Shown here: piece by piece, positions 1 to 9,086 of the stretch
How positions within the stretch are numbered: position 1 is the stretch's first letter
How the letters are laid out: each line of letters starts with the position of its first letter
Source: a virus
Taxonomy: Duplodnaviria; Caudoviricetes
Strand: one strand, 5' to 3'
Length of the DNA stretch: 46,004 nucleotides
Virus record (IMG/VR): IMGVR_UViG_3300033067_000212
Location: 1 to 46,004 of that record
Translations under genes and position numbers: made by a program
Notes under the pieces: generated by a model
What the model was told of the DNA's origin: nothing
Databases searched by the model: none
What the model saw: only the letters and a program-made list of their open reading frames with translations

Positions 1-1
1 G

Positions 2-1168
2 GGTACAGATTTTACTATCTTCCAGGAAGGGTGTCCTTTTACTCTGGTTGACTATGAACCCTTTAACCCCGGTAGCACTAAGCAAATCATTAATAGAATC
101 GGTAAGTGGTGGGACCCCATCGATAAGACTGATGGGCATATTGAAGCAGAACGGAATAAGGATAAGGTAAAGTTAGAAAGGGCTAAGACCTATGGATGGA
201 AGATCAATGAAAACAACCTCGGAACGTTATCAGACAGTGCTCCTGCCGCTACACGACAACTTGTACGTCGAATACTCTTTGAATCAAGACGGCGATTATT
301 GGAGGATTGGGTCAACCTTTCTTTGGAAGACGATAAAATCCATGGCAGGTTTAACGGAATCGGAACGTGGACACATCGTATGTCGCACACCGACCCTAAC
401 ATGGGAAACATATCCGCCCACAAAAGTATCAAGTACACAAGTACCGAGCTTAACTCCCTTGCTACTTCACTTGGCGGCAGAATGCGTAGCTTATTCACTG
501 CCAGTCCCGGAATGGTGCTCGTCGGTACTGACGCAGAAGGGATACAATTACGAATATTTGCCCACCTTATAAATGATAAGCCATTTATTGAAGCACTAAT
601 CAAAGGTAAGAAAGAAGATGGGTCGGACCCACACACGATTAATCAGAAAATCTTGGATGCGAATTCTAGAGATGACGCTAAGACATTCATCTACGCTTTC
701 CTCCTTGGAGCAGGAGTTGCAAAGGTTCAATCGATCCTTAAGAAAACAAAGCAAGAAGCATCCAAAGCAAGAGACTCATTCATCGTTGCGTACCCAGGTT
801 TAAAGAAGTTAAAAGAAGAAGTTATTCCTTTAGATGCAGAACGTGGTTATTTTACTGGACTTGACGGCCGATATGTGGTATGCTCTTCTGAGCACCTGAT
901 GCTAGCAGGCTACTTGCAAAACGCAGAAGCTTGCATTATGAAGCACGCTAATATCCTCTGGCGTGAACGCTTGAATGATCTCGGAATACCATTCAGGCAA
1001 GTTAACTTCGTCCATGACGAATGGCAAACAGAGTGCTTACAAGAACATGCTGAACTAGTAGCTCAAGTACAACGCCAATCTATTGTAGATACGGGCATTG
1101 CCCTTAAGGTTCGTTGTCCACTAGCAGGTAGTTCTAATATCGGATTGACTTGGTACGATACACATTAA
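2..1168 (+). CDS. polA: DNA polymerase family A, C-terminal polymerase domain (5'-partial; allele A)
   Basis: Frame is open from position 2. Motif A VGTDAEGIQLR, motif B RDDAKTFIYAFLLG, motif C VHDEWQ; also HGRFNGIGTWTHRMSH. Confidence 0.95.
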   Translation, partial: GTDFTIFQEGCPFTLVDYEPFNPGSTKQIINRIGKWWDPIDKTDGHIEAERNKDKVKLERAKTYGWKINENNLGTLSDSAPAATRQLVRRILFESRRRLLEDWVNLSLEDDKIHGRFNGIGTWTHRMSHTDPNMGNISAHKSIKYTSTELNSLATSLGGRMRSLFTASPGMVLVGTDAEGIQLRIFAHLINDKPFIEALIKGKKEDGSDPHTINQKILDANSRDDAKTFIYAFLLGAGVAKVQSILKKTKQEASKARDSFIVAYPGLKKLKEEVIPLDAERGYFTGLDGRYVVCSSEHLMLAGYLQNAEACIMKHANILWRERLNDLGIPFRQVNFVHDEWQTECLQEHAELVAQVQRQSIVDTGIALKVRCPLAGSSNIGLTWYDTH

Positions 1169-1188
1169 TTTAGAAAGGTAATGATTGT

Positions 1189-1446
1189 ATGAAAGAGATT
1201 AACGAAGATACTAAGCTAGAGCCCTGGAACGCAGACATCTCCTTCGTTCAGAAGAACCCACAAGGTGGGACTATTACTATTGCTGCCTCAAGTGAAGAGG
1301 AAGCTCGGGCTGTTATCACAGAGATGTTCCCAGCTGATTCAGAACTAAAGATTATTCAAGTATACCCTGAGTCTCAATGCCCCTCTATTCGAGAGATCCT
1401 AGCTAAGCGAGCTTCTTCACCTATGGATAAGAAAGAGATTAACTAA
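1189..1446 (+). CDS. hypothetical protein
   Basis: 85-aa ORF with AAGG upstream, tightly packed in the operon. Confidence 0.75.
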   Translation: MKEINEDTKLEPWNADISFVQKNPQGGTITIAASSEEEARAVITEMFPADSELKIIQVYPESQCPSIREILAKRASSPMDKKEIN

Positions 1447-1447
1447 T

Positions 1448-1873
1448 ATGAATATTGTATATCTTCGTGGTACTGCTCTATGGTCCAACCTAACTGAAGT
1501 TGATAAGTTCGGAAACTTTGGAACCAATCTAATTCTAGACGACGAGTCACTTGCTCTTTTCCGTAACTTAAAGGTTAAGGCTAAGACTAAGATTGATGAG
1601 AAGTCCGGTAAGCAGTATGTACGTATCAACCGTAAGCAGTACCGTACCGACAAGGATGGTGAACGACACGACAATGGTCCGATTAAGATTGTCGATAAGG
1701 AAGGCAATGATCATCCTGATAACATTGGCAATGGGTCAACTATCGTATGCAAGTTGATTGTGTACGATACTCAAGCTGGCCGTGGCATGCGACTAGAAGC
1801 AGTCATGGTTGAAGACCTGAAAGAATACACTAAGCCCACAGTTACCAAGTCAGATAGTGTGGTTCCTTTCTAA
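1448..1873 (+). CDS. single-stranded DNA-binding protein (T7 gp2.5-like OB fold)
   Basis: LRGTALWSNL, IGNGS and RLEAVMV pattern; C-terminal VVPF; lies between pol and exonuclease. Confidence 0.7.
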   Translation: MNIVYLRGTALWSNLTEVDKFGNFGTNLILDDESLALFRNLKVKAKTKIDEKSGKQYVRINRKQYRTDKDGERHDNGPIKIVDKEGNDHPDNIGNGSTIVCKLIVYDTQAGRGMRLEAVMVEDLKEYTKPTVTKSDSVVPF

Positions 1874-2052
1874 TGCAGAAGTATATCTGTAAATTTTGTG
1901 ATAAAAGTTACGGTAATATTTGCGTTGACCAACACGCTGCTGCACATTGTACCAGCCTGTCCGATAAAGATATCTCAGAAGCTAAGACCAAGGCCAAGCT
2001 GTTAGATGTCATCGGTAAGTTACGCAAAGCCGTATCAACATCGGGACATTAA
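1873..2052 (+). CDS. small putative zinc-binding protein (59 aa; not in ORF track)
   Basis: MQKYICKFCDKSYGNICVDQHAAAHC... has CxxC and HxxxH; TAATG coupling to the upstream gene. Confidence 0.6.
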   Translation: MQKYICKFCDKSYGNICVDQHAAAHCTSLSDKDISEAKTKAKLLDVIGKLRKAVSTSGH

Positions 2053-2055
2053 TTA

Positions 2056-2949
2056 ATGAAGAACATTACAACGCTAGTAGCTGACATTCATAATGTGCTC
2101 AACACTGGTAAGATTAATCCAGAGCTAATAGATGAATTCACTACTAACTTGAATGGTCTTCTGAAGCATAGGTTCTCAGGGGAGGCTGAAAAGCCTTCCT
2201 TGAGGATGTCTAATTTTGGTAAACCTAATCGTCAACTATGGTATTCGATTAATAAACCGGAACTAGGTGAACCCCTACGACCAGAAGTCCGACTCAAGTT
2301 TCTATATGGTGATCTAGTAGAGCAAATTATGCTCTTGCTTATTAAAGCTTCTGGTCACACTGTTACTGGTACACAAGATGAACTTAATCTCAATGGTCTC
2401 AAGGGACACCGAGATGCTATTGTTGATGGTGTATTAGTAGATGTAAAGAGCGCTTCCTCCTACGCCTTCGATAAGTTTGCTTATCACACACTAAATAAGG
2501 ATGATGCCTTCGGTTATATCGACCAGCTATCACTATACCTAACTGCATCACAAGATGATGTAGAAGTAAAGAAGCAAGCTGCATTCGTAGCTGTCAATAA
2601 AGAGAATGGAAAGATCGTAGTCGATACTTACTCATTAGAGAAGAAAGACTACACTAAGGAACTAACAGCTAAACGTGGTATGCTAGCTGAACCTAATCCA
2701 CCTAATCGTTGTTATGATGATATCGAGGATGGAAAGTCTGGCAATCGTAGGCTAGGTGTTAACTGTTCTTACTGTCCATTCAAGAAAGAATGTTGGCCAG
2801 GACTTCGTACATTCCTTTCTAAAGGTGAAGCTCCTAAGTATTTAACCAAGGTTGTACGAGAACCTAACATGGTAGAAGTGGTAGATGGCAAGATCAAGGA
2901 ACCGAAAACAACGGTCGAAAGTAATTCCTTACCAGGGTATAAATTTTAA
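2056..2949 (+). CDS. PD-(D/E)XK exonuclease (Cas4-like phage exonuclease)
   Basis: LRMSNFGKP, GHRDAIVDGVLVDVKS, YIDQLSLY and C-terminal CSYCPFKKECW. Confidence 0.85.
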   Translation: MKNITTLVADIHNVLNTGKINPELIDEFTTNLNGLLKHRFSGEAEKPSLRMSNFGKPNRQLWYSINKPELGEPLRPEVRLKFLYGDLVEQIMLLLIKASGHTVTGTQDELNLNGLKGHRDAIVDGVLVDVKSASSYAFDKFAYHTLNKDDAFGYIDQLSLYLTASQDDVEVKKQAAFVAVNKENGKIVVDTYSLEKKDYTKELTAKRGMLAEPNPPNRCYDDIEDGKSGNRRLGVNCSYCPFKKECWPGLRTFLSKGEAPKYLTKVVREPNMVEVVDGKIKEPKTTVESNSLPGYKF

Positions 2950-3298
2950 ATCTAAACTAGAGATTGAAATATACAAACAACTACGTAAGTGTAAGACACA
3001 CGAAATACGATACGAGAAAGTTAAACTACCTTACATCCTAGAACGACAGTACATCCCAGACTTTATCTGTAGTGGTAAGAATGGGATGTTCTTTATTGAG
3101 GTTAAGGGTTATCTTCGACCAGAAGATAGGACCAAGATGTTAGCTGCTATTGAAGCCAATCCTGGTCTAGACCTACGACTTCTATTCTCTAAGGATAATG
3201 TATTACGTAAGGGTTCTAAAACAAAGTATTCCGATTGGTGCAATAAGCACGGCATCAAGTATGCAATCGGAACCGTTCCTAAGGAGTGGTTTATTTGA
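2885..3298 (+). CDS. T7 endonuclease I-like Holliday junction resolvase
   Basis: FKSKLE, YE..KLPY, YIPDF, IEVKG and KYSDWCNKHG motifs. Confidence 0.9.
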   Translation: MARSRNRKQRSKVIPYQGINFKSKLEIEIYKQLRKCKTHEIRYEKVKLPYILERQYIPDFICSGKNGMFFIEVKGYLRPEDRTKMLAAIEANPGLDLRLLFSKDNVLRKGSKTKYSDWCNKHGIKYAIGTVPKEWFI

Positions 3299-3423
3299 GG
3301 ACTTTCACCGAACTACAACGATATTGTAATATTTTACTAGGTAATGCCAAGGAGAGTAAGACTATTTTAGAATCAGCTATTAATTATTTAGAGTTACACA
3401 AATGTCAAATTGCCACCTCGTAA
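3295..3423 (+). pseudogene. C-terminal remnant of an endonuclease VII-type (homing) endonuclease
   Basis: AT-rich intergenic frame reads CNILLGNAKESKTILESAINYL, resembling the EndoVII C-terminal CN..LG..K.....L..AI.YL signature; the N-terminal catalytic part is absent. Confidence 0.55.
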
Positions 3424-4166
3424 TTCCAGACGCTCACGCTCAAAAGGGAGATAAGAATGATAGAGCCATTTGGCTTGGTCGTCTCATTTGTGACCTTAAA
3501 CCTGATACCGTTGTTGATCTCGGTGACAGCGCTGATATGCCTAGTCTTTGTTCTTATGACAAAGGGACGAAGTCTTTTGAAGGACGAAGGTACAAAGATG
3601 ACATCAATGCGTACCTTGACTTCCAAGACAAACTCTGGTCAACTGTACGTAGTTCTAAAAAACGATTACCTAGGAATCGAGTGCGTCTTATTGGTAACCA
3701 CGAGCAACGTATTGAACGAGCTATTAATATCCAACCCACACTTGAGGGTGTTATTGGTTACTCCGATTTGCAACTGGATAGATATTACACTAATGTCGTC
3801 GGATACGTGGGAAGCACGCCAGGAACGGTTGAACTTGATGGTATCATCTATGCTCATTACCTTACCTCGGGAGTCGCGGGGAGACCTGTATCCGGTGAGC
3901 ATCTTGCATACACGCTCTTGACTAAGAAGTTCCAATCGTGTACAGTAGGCCATAATCATACACTTGATTATTGCACTAGGACTAATGGTCGTGGTGAGAA
4001 GATCATGGGTCTATGTGCTGGTGTCTTTAATGAACGACACATGACATGGGCTGGTGAGATGAATAAGATGTGGACTCGTGGCGTAGCTATCAAGCGTAAT
4101 GTATACAATGGTGTGTATGATCTAGAATGGGTAAGTTATGACAGACTTCGAAAAGAATATATGTAA
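3402..4166 (+). CDS. calcineurin-like metallophosphoesterase
   Basis: IPDAH, DLGDSAD, GNHE, AHY and GHNH motifs. Confidence 0.9.
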   Translation: MSNCHLVIPDAHAQKGDKNDRAIWLGRLICDLKPDTVVDLGDSADMPSLCSYDKGTKSFEGRRYKDDINAYLDFQDKLWSTVRSSKKRLPRNRVRLIGNHEQRIERAINIQPTLEGVIGYSDLQLDRYYTNVVGYVGSTPGTVELDGIIYAHYLTSGVAGRPVSGEHLAYTLLTKKFQSCTVGHNHTLDYCTRTNGRGEKIMGLCAGVFNERHMTWAGEMNKMWTRGVAIKRNVYNGVYDLEWVSYDRLRKEYM

Positions 4167-4219
4167 TCTACCTGGATACAAACCAGTAGATTTATCAGTA
4201 CTATTTAAGAGTAATTAAT

Positions 4220-4393
4220 ATGAACGAAGAAGAGCGAGCTAAAGCAGCCTTAGAGTTTCTTACCTTATCGGAAGTACTTGAATGGTCGGGTATGACAGAA
4301 GAGGATGCTTTAGCTTTCCTTCTATATCATGGTGCTATTAGAATTCCAGATGAAGTATTTGAATTGAAAGAAGAAGATGGGCAAGACCTATAA
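4220..4393 (+). CDS. small acidic hypothetical protein (57 aa; not in ORF track)
   Basis: MNEEERAKAALEFLTLSEVLEWSG...GQDL*, fills the operon gap. Confidence 0.6.
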   Translation: MNEEERAKAALEFLTLSEVLEWSGMTEEDALAFLLYHGAIRIPDEVFELKEEDGQDL

Positions 4394-4613
4394 GGATCGA
4401 AAAGATTATCATGACAAAGGTGGGAAGCGAGCATTTAAACGTAATCGCAATCCTATTGCCCGTGGGTTACACACTCCTCTATATCGACCGAGACGAACTG
4501 AGGATAAGCGTGACTCTATTATAGAACATTTAGTTAAAGAGGATATTAAGTATGACCAAGGAGACGACCTTTCCGAAACCATTTCGATCCCAACTAGGTT
4601 ACACGATCTTTAA
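4377..4613 (+). CDS. small basic hypothetical protein
   Basis: 78 aa, K/R-rich, contains RNPIARGLHTPLYRPR. Confidence 0.6.
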   Translation: MGKTYKDRKDYHDKGGKRAFKRNRNPIARGLHTPLYRPRRTEDKRDSIIEHLVKEDIKYDQGDDLSETISIPTRLHDL

Positions 4614-6225
4614 GGAAAAGTATAGTCATGAAGGTGCTGAGACGTGGGAGTTGCTATGTGAGAAACTCGTTCGTCGTGTGTGTGATAAGTTACCTAAAAG
4701 CGATCAAGACGAACTTATCCAAATCATGTCAAACATGGAGTTCATTCCTGGTGGACGTTATCTGTATTATGCTAACCGTCCTGTTTCTTTCTTCAATAAT
4801 TGTTACTTACTAAAAGCAGATGAGGATACCCGTGAAGATTGGGCATACCTTTCTTGGAAAGCTGAGTCTTGTCTTATTACTGGTGGCGGGATCGGTGTTG
4901 ATTACAGCATCTATCGGCCTAGTGGCTCTCCTATATCTCGTACCGGTGGTGTAGCTTCCGGTCCTATTCCTAAGATGATGATGATCAATGAGATTGGTCG
5001 TAACGTAATGCAAGGTGGAGCACGTCGTAGTGCCCTTTATGCTTCGCTACGCCACTCTCATAGTGATATCAATGAATTTCTAGAAGTTAAAGATTGGGAT
5101 AACCAGAAGGTAGCAGGAACAGATGCCACTATTGGGGATTTGGTGCGTGCTAATTTTGCTTATAACGCTCCGCTTAGCTGTACTAATATTTCTGTAAACT
5201 ACGATACTGCTTGGATTGAGAACTTCAAGAAGACAGGAGATGTAGGTGAGGTATTCAAAAAGAATGTTAGGATGGCACTCCGTAACGGGGAGCCTGGATT
5301 CTCTTTCAACTTCTACGACAAAGAAAATGAAACACTTAGAAACGCTTGCACTGAAGTATCGTCATCCGATGACTCAGACGTATGCAACCTCGGATCAATT
5401 AATCTTGCTCGAATCAATGATAAAGATCATTTTAGACGAGTAGTAGAACTCTCTACTAAGTTCCTGTTATGTGGTACACTAAAGGCTGACTTACCATATA
5501 AGAAGATCTATGAGGTACGAGAAAAGAATCGTCGTCTTGGTCTTGGTCTTATGGGTGTTCATGAATGGTTAATGAAGAAGTCTAAGCGTTATGAAGTTGA
5601 TGATGAACTACACCAATGGTTATCAATCTACAAGTCTACGTCTGAGGAAACTGGTCGTACTACTGCTGACGCTTTCGGTATTTCTCGTCCTGTTGCCTAT
5701 CGTGCTATTGCTCCTACCGGTACTATTGGTATTCTTGCTGGTACTAGTACTGGTATCGAACCAATCTTCGCGATTGCTTATAAGCGTAGATACCTCACAG
5801 AAGGCAAAAGGTGGAAATACCAATATCACGTAGATCATATTGCAAATGAACTAATCAAGGAATACGGACTTGACCCTACGAAAATCGAGACTGCAAGTGA
5901 CCTTGCCAGAGACTATGAGCGACGTATTGCTTTCCAAGCCGACATCCAAGACTATGTGGACATGTCTATCTCGTCTACTATCAATCTACCTGCTTGGGAC
6001 CCTATTGATCCAAGTGTTGATGCTGACACTTTTGGAAACACTTTGGCCCGATATGCTCACCGTCTTAGAGGCTTCACTGTTTACCCTGATGGGGCACGTG
6101 GTGGCCAGCCCCTTGTACCTATGGATTACAATGAGGTACGCCACAAACTTGGAGAAGAGTTTGAAGAATCAAGTGAAGTTAACGATGTATGTTCATTAAA
6201 TGGTGGCGGTGTATGTGGAGTTTAA
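4552..6225 (+). CDS. nrdJ: class II (adenosylcobalamin-dependent) ribonucleotide reductase
   Basis: FIPGGR, NNC, GGGIG, QGGARRSA, NACTE, CNLGSINL, IAPTGT and a C-terminal Cys pair; no nrdB partner in the genome. Confidence 0.9.
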   Translation: MTKETTFPKPFRSQLGYTIFKEKYSHEGAETWELLCEKLVRRVCDKLPKSDQDELIQIMSNMEFIPGGRYLYYANRPVSFFNNCYLLKADEDTREDWAYLSWKAESCLITGGGIGVDYSIYRPSGSPISRTGGVASGPIPKMMMINEIGRNVMQGGARRSALYASLRHSHSDINEFLEVKDWDNQKVAGTDATIGDLVRANFAYNAPLSCTNISVNYDTAWIENFKKTGDVGEVFKKNVRMALRNGEPGFSFNFYDKENETLRNACTEVSSSDDSDVCNLGSINLARINDKDHFRRVVELSTKFLLCGTLKADLPYKKIYEVREKNRRLGLGLMGVHEWLMKKSKRYEVDDELHQWLSIYKSTSEETGRTTADAFGISRPVAYRAIAPTGTIGILAGTSTGIEPIFAIAYKRRYLTEGKRWKYQYHVDHIANELIKEYGLDPTKIETASDLARDYERRIAFQADIQDYVDMSISSTINLPAWDPIDPSVDADTFGNTLARYAHRLRGFTVYPDGARGGQPLVPMDYNEVRHKLGEEFEESSEVNDVCSLNGGGVCGV

Positions 6226-6229
6226 GTAA

Positions 6230-6574
6230 TTGAAGCAAGTCAAGATTGCTAATCTAATTTATAAGGTATCGCGTAAAGCTGGTCTCACTAGTGATGATGG
6301 TCAACTTGCCTATGGTATCATTTCTAATAATAAACAAACTATCGAACTAGAAACTGAATTCCCTTCTCAAGATAAATATAAAGAAATTGTACTACACGAG
6401 GTTATCCATGGTGTGATTGATCAATATGGTATTGATAATCTAATCACACATGAGAATATGGAACCAATCGTTTCGATTCTAGCTCGTGGTCTAATGCAAG
6501 TCTTCCAAGATAACCCTGATCTAGTAAAGGAATTATTTAATGGAAAAGCAACTAAATCTACTAACCGACGATGA
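6230..6574 (+). CDS. HEXXH metallopeptidase-like protein
   Basis: EIVLHEVIHG motif with a downstream Glu; TTG start. Confidence 0.65.
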   Translation: MKQVKIANLIYKVSRKAGLTSDDGQLAYGIISNNKQTIELETEFPSQDKYKEIVLHEVIHGVIDQYGIDNLITHENMEPIVSILARGLMQVFQDNPDLVKELFNGKATKSTNRR

Positions 6575-6692
6575 ATGCACTTGTTCTCAATGCAAGACAC
6601 CAATCAAAGTAAAGACTGTAGATGACTTGAATAAGAAGCCTAAGACAAAAGAAAAGCCAACCAAAGATAAATACTCTGGCTGGCGTCCTTAA
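6540..6692 (+). CDS. small hypothetical protein (50 aa, CxCxxC; not in ORF track)
   Basis: MEKQLNLLTDDECTCSQCKTP... with AAGGA upstream. Confidence 0.45.
   Translation: MEKQLNLLTDDECTCSQCKTPIKVKTVDDLNKKPKTKEKPTKDKYSGWRP
6647..6684 (-). terminator. intrinsic terminator for the structural (-) operon
   Basis: On the - strand, GCCAGCCAGAG/CTTTGGTTGGC stem followed by TTTTCTTTT. Confidence 0.7.
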
Positions 6693-6696
6693 TCCC

Positions 6697-6735
6697 GAAG
6701 CCTCCTGTCTTAAATGACAGGGGGTTTCTTTGTTT
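6697..6735 (+). terminator. intrinsic terminator for the replication (+) operon
   Basis: GAAGCCTCCTGTC/GACAGGGGGTTTC stem plus T-rich tail at the convergence of the two genome arms. Confidence 0.8.
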
Positions 6736-6743
6736 GTAGTGTT

Positions 6744-9086
6744 TTACTTCTTTTGCTTAGCTCTAGCTGTAGCCATCACTTCTTGTATCGAAGCTGCTGG
6801 TATTTTAGCTGTCTCTTGAGCAAACATCTCATTCATTTGTGAAATGAGACCATCTAGTTCCTGAGCTAACTCAGGTGTCGGTTGAGATTTAAATAGCTGA
6901 GATGTCTCTAGTATCTGTTGTCTCATACCATCGAACTTATCCTTAGGCCATGAGTAGGTAGATGTACCATCATACTGGTTATTACCTGCTGATAGTGATG
7001 AAGGATTATCAGATCTTGCCAGATCAATTCTATCTTGTAGATTAGCGTCAGCACCTAATCCTCGTGGAGCACGACCACCAATCTTACCACCATTAGCTGT
7101 AGGTGATAGTGCATCGATGTTTAGTCCCGCTCTACTATAAAGACTACGGATACCATTAGCTAGATCATTAGTCTGTAGCTTGATGATAGGTGTTAGCTGT
7201 CGTGTTACTACATTCATCTGCTCGGCTAGTAGTGTAGCTTCTTGTAGATCACCAGTACGTTGTGTATTGCTAGGTGGTGCAGCCTTGTATGCTAATTCAC
7301 CTACTGGATTAAATTGAGAAGCAGAGAACTCACCGGTATTAGGATTGAAGTCAATCTTAGCGTATCGTACTCTATCAATGAAACCAGATTTAACAGAATC
7401 AATTGTAGTTTTATTGACTGTAAGACCAGTGTTCAATGCGAAGGATACGTAACCATCTAGTATTCGTGGTTCACGAGAACCAATAGCTTTAACTTGATTG
7501 GTCATATCTTGAGTAGTAAGCTTCTGGAAGATCTCCATTTGCTTAGCCTTAGACTCTTCTGGCTTTAAATTACCAGAGCTATCCTTTACTGCAATACGTC
7601 CAATCCAACCTACGTTCTCTGGTGCGAATAAGAATGTAGCGGCTTTGCTCCTAGCTACAGGATCAGTATTCTTGTCTAAGACTAGACGCACCACATCATC
7701 AGTTACTGCCTGAGTTACAGATGATGGATTGAGTGAAGCATTACCATACTCTTTGATGTTTCTAATCTTAGAATCTGCATTAGCTAGTGATGGTGTACGA
7801 CTAGTAAGAGCATCTGCTAACATCATCTCTCGTGCTGTACGATTAGCAGCATCTGCTAGCCCAGAGATAGAAGGACTATCACGTAAGGTAAGCATTTGAG
7901 ATGCTACTTGTGGACCGTAGGCTTTATTAGCAATATTGAATGCTCGGCTATGTTCATCATTAAGTAGACGTTGCTGACCATCAGCTAGTACTGTCTCAAT
8001 CTTCCTAGTGTTAGAATTGAATGCTCCCCAATCTTTATTCAGTAGTGGAGAATAATGAGCATCAAAGCGTTCTGTGTATGTCTTGATCGTATCTTCGATA
8101 TCCTTACGTTCCATACGACCAGCATTCACTAGTGATACACCACCACTATCATTATGTAATCGATTGGATAGACGAGCTAACCATTGGTTACGTAGTTCAC
8201 CAATAGAAAGATTCAATTCTTCTTGCATTTTAGGTGTGAACAATGAAGGATCGGCTTGGAACTTAGTAGCCATCTCATTGATCTCTTTAAAGGTAACACC
8301 CTTAGAAGTCATACCTTGTTTTACGAAAGCATTAAAGTCTTGACTTAGTGTCTCATTGACACCAGCCATAAAGACTTGCTTGTCTTCAGCAGCAATGCCA
8401 GTCTTAGCTGTATGAGCAGCAATAATCTGTGCTGTTCTATTCTTAATCTGGTTCTCACCGGCTAGCATAGACTCCATCTCTGGACGAGGAACAGGAGCAC
8501 CACGCTTAGCTTCAATACCAGCGATATCAATACCAGCTTTGATTAACTCTTGACGTACAGTTTCGTTACGCTTATCCTCGGCTGGCATGGTGTCGTACAC
8601 ATCTTGCCTTAGGGATTTGATAAGTGCTGAAGCTGGTTTAATACCAGTCATATCCTGGATACGACCATCGATATAGTCCTTATATCCAGAATACTTATAC
8701 CGTAGCTCACGAGCAATCTGGTCTAACTGTAGATTGTAGTAAGTATCCTTGACTACACCCATACGATTAGCTTGCTGTAGCTTAGCAGCACGATCTAGTT
8801 CACTATTGATCTGAGGTGGAATAGCATCAGCAGGAGGTGGATTACCAGCAAACATGTAGTTACTGATAGTCTGATCCTGAACAGCTTGTACTTTATTACG
8901 TACATCTTCTGATGCTTCTCGTTTAATAGAAGAATCAATAGCGTCTACGCCAGCTTTGATAGTATCTCCTAGAGCACCTAGAAGGGAGGACCCGCTACTA
9001 GCGGTTGTCTTACCTTGAGAGTACTGTAGGAAGGACGGTTCATTACCCGCCCCTCCTGAGATTGTGTTTGCAGTAAAGTCAACCAT
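6744..9086 (-). CDS. internal virion (ejection) protein
   Basis: 780 aa, predicted helical, last gene of the podoviral structural operon. Confidence 0.65.
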   Translation of the reverse strand: MVDFTANTISGGAGNEPSFLQYSQGKTTASSGSSLLGALGDTIKAGVDAIDSSIKREASEDVRNKVQAVQDQTISNYMFAGNPPPADAIPPQINSELDRAAKLQQANRMGVVKDTYYNLQLDQIARELRYKYSGYKDYIDGRIQDMTGIKPASALIKSLRQDVYDTMPAEDKRNETVRQELIKAGIDIAGIEAKRGAPVPRPEMESMLAGENQIKNRTAQIIAAHTAKTGIAAEDKQVFMAGVNETLSQDFNAFVKQGMTSKGVTFKEINEMATKFQADPSLFTPKMQEELNLSIGELRNQWLARLSNRLHNDSGGVSLVNAGRMERKDIEDTIKTYTERFDAHYSPLLNKDWGAFNSNTRKIETVLADGQQRLLNDEHSRAFNIANKAYGPQVASQMLTLRDSPSISGLADAANRTAREMMLADALTSRTPSLANADSKIRNIKEYGNASLNPSSVTQAVTDDVVRLVLDKNTDPVARSKAATFLFAPENVGWIGRIAVKDSSGNLKPEESKAKQMEIFQKLTTQDMTNQVKAIGSREPRILDGYVSFALNTGLTVNKTTIDSVKSGFIDRVRYAKIDFNPNTGEFSASQFNPVGELAYKAAPPSNTQRTGDLQEATLLAEQMNVVTRQLTPIIKLQTNDLANGIRSLYSRAGLNIDALSPTANGGKIGGRAPRGLGADANLQDRIDLARSDNPSSLSAGNNQYDGTSTYSWPKDKFDGMRQQILETSQLFKSQPTPELAQELDGLISQMNEMFAQETAKIPAASIQEVMATARAKQKK

